64,000 nucleotides of DNA from Candidatus Wirthbacteria bacterium (GTDB lineage Bacteria; Patescibacteriota; CG2-30-54-11). The position numbers and the translations under genes are program-made. The stretch lies in contig CAISZI010000047.1 of assembly GCA_903889905.1 (NCBI GenBank), positions 16,096 through 80,095 of the forward strand. Direction: 5' to 3'. The notes below the pieces were generated by a model. That model had not been told where the DNA came from. It did not search any database and saw nothing but the letters and a program-made list of their open reading frames with translations. This document shows, piece after piece, positions 57,408-64,000 of this stretch (the stretch's first letter is position 1; each line of letters opens with the position of its first letter).

Positions 57408-59138
57408 ATGGCGACTGTTAATCTCACCATTGATGGCAACAAGGTCCAGGCTGAAGCTGGCAAAACCATTCTGCAGGTCTCACGCGAAAACGGGCTCAAC
57501 ATCCCCGCGTTTTGCAACCAGCCTTTTCTAGAACCCAAAGCCTCCTGCCGCATGTGCGTCGTCGAAGTCAAAGGCGCCCGCTCTCTGGTCACCGCCTGTT
57601 CCACGCCCGTCGGCGAAGGCATGGAAATCAAAACCCACAGTGACCGCGTCGACACCTCCCGTCGCGTCATCCTCGAACTGCTTCTGGCCAACCACGCCAC
57701 CTACTGCCCCACCTGCCACGCCCGCGAAAAATGCTTATTACTCAAATACTCCCGTCGTTATGGCGTGGAAAAAGTGCATTACTTTGGCAAAAAACGTGAA
57801 ACCGAAGCCTGCTCCGACTTTGACAGCATCATCGAACGCGACCAGGCCAAATGCATCCTCTGCGGCAAATGCGTCGAAGTCTGCCGCCAGGTGATCGGTG
57901 TCGAAGCGATTGATTTCAAAAACCGTGGTTTCAAAACCCAGATCGGTACCGCCTTTGACAAAAAACTCAAAGACACCCGCTGCATCAACTGTGGCCAGTG
58001 CGTCAATGGCTGCCCCACTGGTGCTATTTATGTGCGCTCTGATGTGGCGGCTGTTCAAAAAGAATTAAGAGACCCGACCCGCAAGGTTATTTTCCAGACC
58101 GCTCCCTCGATCCGCGCCGCGATTGGCGAAGAATTCGGCATTCCAGCTGGCACGATTACGACAGGCAAGATGGTGACAGCACTACGGCGATTGGGCGCGC
58201 ACAAGGTTTACCAGACCGATTTCGGCGCCGACCTCACAATCATGGAAGAAGGCCACGAATTCATCCGCCGTTTCACCGCCAACGACAAAATCCCCATGTT
58301 CACTTCCTGCTGCCCAGCCTGGCAGAAATACATCGAGGAATTCTACCCCGATCTGCTCCCGAACTTAAGCTCCTGCAAAAGTCCTCACCAGATGACCGGC
58401 GCCGTGATCAAGCATCACTATGCCGAAAAGATGGGACTCACCAAAGAAGAAGTCACGGTCGTCAGCATCATGCCTTGCAGTGCCAAAAAGTGGGAGATCA
58501 CTCGTCCTGGCTGCTGTACCAAGGAACTGGCTGATGTGGATTATGTCCTCACCACTCGTGAATTTGCCGACATCATCAAAGCCCAGAATATCGATTTCGC
58601 CAAATTGCCGGATGAAGAATTTGACTCCGTTGTTGGTCAAAGCACTGGCGCAGGCGAAATGTTTGCTGTCACTGGTGGTGTCATGGAAGCCGCTCTCCGC
58701 ACTGTGGCTGTCAAGGTCCTGAAACGCCCACTCGAAAAAGTTGACTTCATGGCAGTGCGTGGCATGAAACGCGTCAAGGAAGCCACAATCGATCTCGATG
58801 GCACCAAGGTCAACATCCTCGTCGTCTCCGGACTTGCCAATGCCAAACCGTTCCTGGACGACATCCGCGCCGGCAAAAGCAAATATCACTTCATCGAAGT
58901 CATGAATTGCCCGGCGGGTTGTATCAACGGTGGCGGTATGCCATTTTACGAAGACTTCGCCGTCATCCAGAAGCGCTACGACGCCATCATCGGCGACGAC
59001 AAAGGCCATCCCATCCGTTCCTCCCACGAAAACCCGGCCATTTTGGAACTCTACACCGACTGGCTCAAAGAACCCAATGGCGAAATGGCGCACCACTATC
59101 TGCACACGCCGTATATTGATAGAAGTGACGTGATTTAA
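57408..59138 (+). CDS. hydA: [FeFe]-hydrogenase catalytic subunit (group A, trimeric type)
   Basis: H-cluster motifs FTSCCPAW, MPCSAKKWE, EVMNCPAGCINGGG; N-terminal [2Fe-2S], His-ligated HxxxCxxCxxxxxC and two [4Fe-4S] motifs. Confidence 0.95.
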   Translation: MATVNLTIDGNKVQAEAGKTILQVSRENGLNIPAFCNQPFLEPKASCRMCVVEVKGARSLVTACSTPVGEGMEIKTHSDRVDTSRRVILELLLANHATYCPTCHAREKCLLLKYSRRYGVEKVHYFGKKRETEACSDFDSIIERDQAKCILCGKCVEVCRQVIGVEAIDFKNRGFKTQIGTAFDKKLKDTRCINCGQCVNGCPTGAIYVRSDVAAVQKELRDPTRKVIFQTAPSIRAAIGEEFGIPAGTITTGKMVTALRRLGAHKVYQTDFGADLTIMEEGHEFIRRFTANDKIPMFTSCCPAWQKYIEEFYPDLLPNLSSCKSPHQMTGAVIKHHYAEKMGLTKEEVTVVSIMPCSAKKWEITRPGCCTKELADVDYVLTTREFADIIKAQNIDFAKLPDEEFDSVVGQSTGAGEMFAVTGGVMEAALRTVAVKVLKRPLEKVDFMAVRGMKRVKEATIDLDGTKVNILVVSGLANAKPFLDDIRAGKSKYHFIEVMNCPAGCINGGGMPFYEDFAVIQKRYDAIIGDDKGHPIRSSHENPAILELYTDWLKEPNGEMAHHYLHTPYIDRSDVI

Positions 59139-59145
59139 AGATACG

Positions 59146-59280
59146 TAACGCCCCCTGCCCCCTCTTAGCCTAAGAGGGGGTAAGATTATAAAAATCCCCT
59201 CGTCCAGAAACGGACCAGGGGATTTTTCGTATATCCTTCATGTCCCCCCGCTTAAGCTAAGCGGGGGCTAGGGGGCGTTA
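59146..59280. repeat. Inverted pair of CCCCC..TTAG/AAG..GGGGG palindromic repeats enclosing a terminator
   Basis: TAACGCCCCCT at the left end and AGGGGGCGTTA at the right end; each arm has its own hairpin. Confidence 0.7.
59190..59227. terminator. Bidirectional intrinsic terminator
   Basis: AAAAATCCCCT..GTCC..GGAC..AGGGGATTTTT between convergent genes. Confidence 0.75.
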
Positions 59281-59287
59281 TGATTCT

Positions 59288-60043
59288 CTACCTCCGATAA
59301 CTCCCCACCGTCCCCAAAATCTGCTCGTGCACCAAGCCATTGCTCGCTACCACACAACGCGTATCGATTGTCAGTGGTTGCCCGCCAAAGTCTGTGAATT
59401 TTCCGCCTGCTTCCTCAACCAGCAGCTGACCTGCAAATTCCGGATAAACATCTTTATTCAAACTAACCGCCGCTTCCACCCTGCCACAGGCGACATAGGC
59501 ATATTGCAATCCAAACGACCCTACATTCCGGATGCGCGCCTGATCAAACAGTTCATCCAGCAACAAAATATTCTTTTTACGCTGGGCGACATCAGAACTG
59601 TGACTATCGAACAAATAACATAAATCGTTCTGCTTGTGGTTAACCTTAACCGGCTGCTCATTGAGCCAAACGCCTTTGCCGCGCTCAGAGCAAAACAGCT
59701 CTTTCATACTCGGGTCATATACTACAGCAAAATCGACTTCGCCATAATGAAGATGGCTCACAACAACCGCGTAATGCGGCAACCCGTGCAGGTAATTATA
59801 AGTACAGCTAATCGGGTCAATAATCCACACGTTGTCACCAGCTACATACTGGTCACTCAGTTCTTCGGCAAATACCAGATGATCACTGCCAAAAGATTTA
59901 ACCAGCACAGTGATTGCTTGCTCAATGCCGATATCCTGCTCCGTCAGCGACTGTTTTTTGACGCCGATGTCATCAATATTCCCGGCTTTCCCAACCAACT
60001 CGTCCCCGCATCGCCTTACCAGATCAACGACTTGCTCATACAT
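59288..60043 (-). CDS. Inositol monophosphatase (FIG) family protein with divergent active-site motifs
   Basis: T..D..IE, AEE, WIIDPISCT, AYVACGR, EEAGGKFTD..G, ASNG..H. Confidence 0.85.
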   Translation of the reverse strand: MYEQVVDLVRRCGDELVGKAGNIDDIGVKKQSLTEQDIGIEQAITVLVKSFGSDHLVFAEELSDQYVAGDNVWIIDPISCTYNYLHGLPHYAVVVSHLHYGEVDFAVVYDPSMKELFCSERGKGVWLNEQPVKVNHKQNDLCYLFDSHSSDVAQRKKNILLLDELFDQARIRNVGSFGLQYAYVACGRVEAAVSLNKDVYPEFAGQLLVEEAGGKFTDFGGQPLTIDTRCVVASNGLVHEQILGTVGSYRR

Positions 60044-60185
60044 GATCAGATCCTCGCCATAATTAAACGCCCAGACAGAATAACACTGGCTGCAAGGTAA
60101 AACAAAGCCTTCCAGCGGTATCGTTTCCTAAATCCCCCCAACCCGTTATAATCCCCTTATCCATTTCTTACTCAAACAAAACCCC

Positions 60186-61418
60186 TTGCTCCGCAAAATC
60201 CTCATGACTCCCATCATGCTGCTCTTCACCCTGCTTACCGTTTCCGGCTTGCTTTGGAACCGGCTCGAGAGCGTGCTGCTGGATACCAATTTCCTCAAGC
60301 ATGAAATTGCACAAACCAATTTCTATACTAACCTGGACACCGACCTGAGCAAATGGATCCTGTCGCAACGCGACGAACTGGTTGCTCAAAACCCAAACAC
60401 CACCGGCAGCAAACTAGTGGAGGCTGTGCCTGTGGATCAAGTTTTCAGTTCAATCATTACACCTGCCTGGATTCAGACCACGACTGAATCGGTACTGGAC
60501 CAGGTCAAAAGTTTCCTGTCATCCAAGTCAGACCAACTTAGCATTTCAATTCCGCTTAAATCGCTCAAAGACGCCATGCTGGTGGCAACAAAGCAAACGG
60601 CGCTCGACAAAATTTCCCAACTGCGCGAGTGCAACTACCGCGAGGTTCTGCAGCTGGGCGAAACTACCATTACCGACCTCATCTGCCGCCCAGCCGGCAT
60701 GGCCATACCCACCACTGATGTGAACCAGGCAGTGACGACACAGTTCAACAGCTTTATGCAGAATGTGCCAGACACGCTCACACTCAACTCCCGAGACCTG
60801 AACACCGTCGTGAATGTTGCGCCAAACAGCACGCCTGCCGATGTCGCTGCCACCGACATCATTCAGGGCGCACCCAACCTGGGCAATTTGCAACAAAACC
60901 TGACATCGACACGCAACACTTTCAACGACGTCGTTAAGATTGCCAGACTTTGGGTCGTGGCAGATATTGTCCTCTTCGCGCTCCTGATGTTATTAAACAA
61001 AAAACGCCTGTCATCATTGCTCAAACTGCTCGGCACATTGTGTCTGGATATTGGCCTGTCCCTTGCGGTGACTGCCTATGGTGGACGCGAACTGGCTAAT
61101 CAGATCCCCAAACTCATAACAAACTATGCCACCACTCTCTCTCCAACAGTGGAGACGTTGCTGCTTAAATTGCCTCAAGACTACCTTCATGCCATCACTT
61201 CAACTTTTGAAATCCCTTCCATCAGTTTGATCGTGGGGGGAATTCTATTGCTCATTGTCGGTTTTATTGTGCAACACCGTCGCTCACAGGGGCGGAAAGC
61301 TGCTGCACCACTGCCTCCAGCTGAGCAAACACTTCAGCCCGCAGGGGATGTGCCGGTTCCAGCTGCCGTACCAACTCCACCAGTTGCGCCAGTTTTACCA
61401 GCAGCAGCTGAATCCTGA
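60186..61418 (+). CDS. Hypothetical membrane protein with large extracytoplasmic domain and Pro-rich tail
   Basis: N-terminal TM, helical domain with a Cys pair, three C-terminal TM helices. Confidence 0.7.
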   Translation: MLRKILMTPIMLLFTLLTVSGLLWNRLESVLLDTNFLKHEIAQTNFYTNLDTDLSKWILSQRDELVAQNPNTTGSKLVEAVPVDQVFSSIITPAWIQTTTESVLDQVKSFLSSKSDQLSISIPLKSLKDAMLVATKQTALDKISQLRECNYREVLQLGETTITDLICRPAGMAIPTTDVNQAVTTQFNSFMQNVPDTLTLNSRDLNTVVNVAPNSTPADVAATDIIQGAPNLGNLQQNLTSTRNTFNDVVKIARLWVVADIVLFALLMLLNKKRLSSLLKLLGTLCLDIGLSLAVTAYGGRELANQIPKLITNYATTLSPTVETLLLKLPQDYLHAITSTFEIPSISLIVGGILLLIVGFIVQHRRSQGRKAAAPLPPAEQTLQPAGDVPVPAAVPTPPVAPVLPAAAES

Positions 61419-62523
61419 CCTCGATCGTAGCCTCATGAACTGCCTTGGTAACATGCGCTTTTTGGGTTTCGTCAACATCTTTTTTGAACACCAGTTCACA
61501 CTTCATCTCTTTTTCCAGCTTATCCAGATATTCCTGCTCCAGCGCACTCGCGAGCCCAACCTTGGCCCGATGCGCCAGATATTTCACAATCCAGTGCAAA
61601 TACTCCACCACTTGATCCTGCCATTTCCCGCTGCTTTGACCGGTCTCGGCAGCTGACCCATGGGTCAGCTGCATGGCGAGGATACCAACAGATGGCAGGA
61701 TACTGGAACGAAGACCGGTCGATCTAAAATGATTTTTTGATCCAGCATTTTTAACAATGCCGGTAGCATTGCTCTGACCGTTTCCATCTCCCATGCCACG
61801 ACCAGTCCCTGATTCTGTTCCATGACCACTACCCAAACCAGATTGGCTTCCTTTTTCAAAATCTCCGCCTATCCCACTGCCCTGTCCACCACCCGCAGCA
61901 AGCGGTACTTCTGCCAATAACTTCTGTAGTTCTCGCATCAGTTCTGCCAAATCGGAATTGATCGGCTTGATGACACGCGTGTATTTTCCCTTGTCGACAA
62001 CAAGCTCTCTGGCCGTCACCTTGCGGTATTCGGCGTGCAGTAACGACACATGGGAAATTCCCTGTTTTTTAAATGCCGCAAGCGTCAATTTCTCGTCGCC
62101 CAGCGCGTCCTGTTCAAAGACAAAGATATAAATAAATCCTTTCACTTCCTCAGGCATCACGCCAGGATGGAAAACGATCCGTCCAATCTTATACTTTTTG
62201 AAATACTCGAGCAGTTTACCCGAAGCAATCGACTCGGCATTAAATGTCCGGCCATTCACCACCATCAAATTGTGGTCTTCTTCCACGACTAGGTCCTTGC
62301 CAGCCACCAAAAAGTCCGCTAGCTGCCGTGTAAATTCGGCAATCCTGCCTGCAATGATCGGGTGATCAAGGCTGTTGTCCTTGCGATACAGGTAAGCGTT
62401 ACTGATCGCAAGCCCAAATTGACGCAGCAAAGTCTTGTAAAGTCCCTGGACTTCAAAGTCTTTGACCGAGATTTGGATGTTACCAACAGGACCCGTAAAC
62501 ATACTATTTCCTATAAGAATCAT
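61264..62523 (-). CDS. Hypothetical protein with Gly/Ser-rich linker; 3' end overlaps the convergent gene
   Basis: 419-aa ORF; N-terminal LY..HP..I.F..GV..EE domain reminiscent of HD-GYP/HEAT-associated N-termini. Confidence 0.6.
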   Translation of the reverse strand: MILIGNSMFTGPVGNIQISVKDFEVQGLYKTLLRQFGLAISNAYLYRKDNSLDHPIIAGRIAEFTRQLADFLVAGKDLVVEEDHNLMVVNGRTFNAESIASGKLLEYFKKYKIGRIVFHPGVMPEEVKGFIYIFVFEQDALGDEKLTLAAFKKQGISHVSLLHAEYRKVTARELVVDKGKYTRVIKPINSDLAELMRELQKLLAEVPLAAGGGQGSGIGGDFEKGSQSGLGSGHGTESGTGRGMGDGNGQSNATGIVKNAGSKNHFRSTGLRSSILPSVGILAMQLTHGSAAETGQSSGKWQDQVVEYLHWIVKYLAHRAKVGLASALEQEYLDKLEKEMKCELVFKKDVDETQKAHVTKAVHEATIEVRIQLLLVKLAQLVELVRQLEPAHPLRAEVFAQLEAVVQQLSAPVSDGVAQ

Positions 62524-62657
62524 TTAATTTTACCATAGAAATCCCCTTTTTGTCGTCTCGACATTGAGTTAATCCCGTTTTTAGGTTAAACTACTTACTT
62601 GCACAAGACGAACGGCACAACCGTTCTCTTTTTTATCTCTATGCTTTGAGTTTCTTT

Positions 62658-64000
62658 ATGGACATTCGCAACATCGCCATCATCGCCCACGTCGACCATG
62701 GCAAAACGACACTGACTGACGCCATCATGCGATACACTGGCATGGTGAATGACAACGCCTCCATGGACTCCAATGCACTGGAGCAGGAACGTGGTATCAC
62801 CATTTATGCCAAAAACGCCTCGTTTGAATACAAAGGCCACAAAATCAACATCGTCGACACCCCCGGGCATGCCGACTTCGGCTCCGAAGTGGAACGCGTG
62901 CTGCAGGCCATCGACGCTGTGCTGCTGGTGGTGGACGCTCAGGACGGGCCCATGCCGCAGACCAAATTCGTACTCAAAAAATCGCTCGAGCTCGGCCGCA
63001 AAGCCATCGTCATCATCAACAAAATCGATAAGCTTGCCGCCCGCCCACTCGAAGTCCAGGAAATGGTCTTTGAACTCTTCATGGACCTGGGCGCGACCGA
63101 AGAACAACTCGATTTCACCACGGTCTACGCCATTGCCAAACAAGGCATTGCCAAACGCAACCTCGAGGACGCATCCACGGATGTCTCACCGCTGCTGGAC
63201 ACTATTTTGGAACAGGTTGCACCCGTTGAAGCCAATACCAATGTGCCGCTCCGCATGCAGCCATTTAACCTCGGTTACGACAACTTTCTGGGCCGGCTCG
63301 CTGTCGGCCGTGTCTACGAAGGTATTATCAAAAACGGCCAGCAGGTGATTGTCAAAAAGACCGACGGCACCACCCGCAACGCCAAAATCACCAAACTGTT
63401 TACCTTCAGGGGCATGACCAAAGTTGAAACCGCCCAATCCGAAGCTGGTGATATTGTCATGGTGGCTGGCTTGAGCGATATCGACATTGGTGAAACCATT
63501 TGTGTGACCGCAGATCAAGTGGCTCTGCCTGCCATTACCGTGGACGAACCTACGATCAGTCTCGATTTCATGGTCAACAATTCTCCCTTTGCCGGTCGCG
63601 AAGGCAAATTCGTCACCAGCCGCCAGATCAAGGAACGGCTGGAACGCGAACTCGAAATCAACATCGGCCTCAAAATCGATTTCAACAGCTATGACCATTA
63701 CAAAGTTTATGGCCGTGGAGAACTGCATATCGCCATTCTGCTCGAAAATCTCCGCCGCGAAGGCTATGAACTGCAGGTTTCCCAACCCCAGGTCATCATC
63801 AAACAAATCGACGGCAAACGGAATGAACCTTTTGAAGAAGTCACCATCGACCTGCCTCCCGAAATGGTTGGCATTGTCATGGAAAAAATCGGCACACGCC
63901 GCGGACAACTCCAGGAAATGAAACCTGTGCATGGCATGACACGACTCGTCTTTGAAATGCCCACACGCGGCATTCTCGGCTATCATTCGCAGTTCATGGT
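62658..64000 (+). CDS. typA: Translational GTPase TypA/BipA (partial, runs off the window)
   Basis: Read by hand: [53 protein letters not shown]. Confidence 0.95.
   Translation, partial: MDIRNIAIIAHVDHGKTTLTDAIMRYTGMVNDNASMDSNALEQERGITIYAKNASFEYKGHKINIVDTPGHADFGSEVERVLQAIDAVLLVVDAQDGPMPQTKFVLKKSLELGRKAIVIINKIDKLAARPLEVQEMVFELFMDLGATEEQLDFTTVYAIAKQGIAKRNLEDASTDVSPLLDTILEQVAPVEANTNVPLRMQPFNLGYDNFLGRLAVGRVYEGIIKNGQQVIVKKTDGTTRNAKITKLFTFRGMTKVETAQSEAGDIVMVAGLSDIDIGETICVTADQVALPAITVDEPTISLDFMVNNSPFAGREGKFVTSRQIKERLERELEINIGLKIDFNSYDHYKVYGRGELHIAILLENLRREGYELQVSQPQVIIKQIDGKRNEPFEEVTIDLPPEMVGIVMEKIGTRRGQLQEMKPVHGMTRLVFEMPTRGILGYHSQFM

Noticed and set aside
1-64000. Alternative genetic code (TGA as Gly, code 25) or stop readthrough
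   Set aside because: Conserved genes are intact in code 11 and TGA ends genes at ATGA overlaps; the one internal stop is TAA

Overview
Gene-dense bacterial chromosomal segment read in standard code 11 (long intact ORFs, several ATGA start/stop overlaps). Gene content, many membrane-anchored hypothetical proteins and frequent TGnTAnnnT promoters suggest an anaerobic, possibly Patescibacteria/CPR-like organism; this is inference only. Main blocks: (1) housekeeping and transport genes (rhlE-like helicase, ABC-F, MMPL, MFS, MacB-like and LolDE-like ABC, msrBA, FTR1, typA); (2) an ECF sigma with a very large anti-sigma; (3) a fermentative redox set of single-chain PFOR, rubredoxin, flavodiiron protein and a trimeric HydABC-type [FeFe]-hydrogenase, whose operon carries a methyltransferase flanked by a 13-bp direct repeat; (4) a lysC-dapB-dapA-asd-lysA-dapL operon lacking dapF, divergent from an HTH-like/ACT-like protein, with back-to-back sigma70 promoters and a perfect 10-2-10 palindrome between them; (5) a 1620-aa surface glycoside-hydrolase-like protein whose start codon sits in a perfect 14-bp hairpin. 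Also present are several families of short palindromic intergenic repeats and two apparently broken genes. I saw no rRNA, tRNA, CRISPR array, integrase or transposase.
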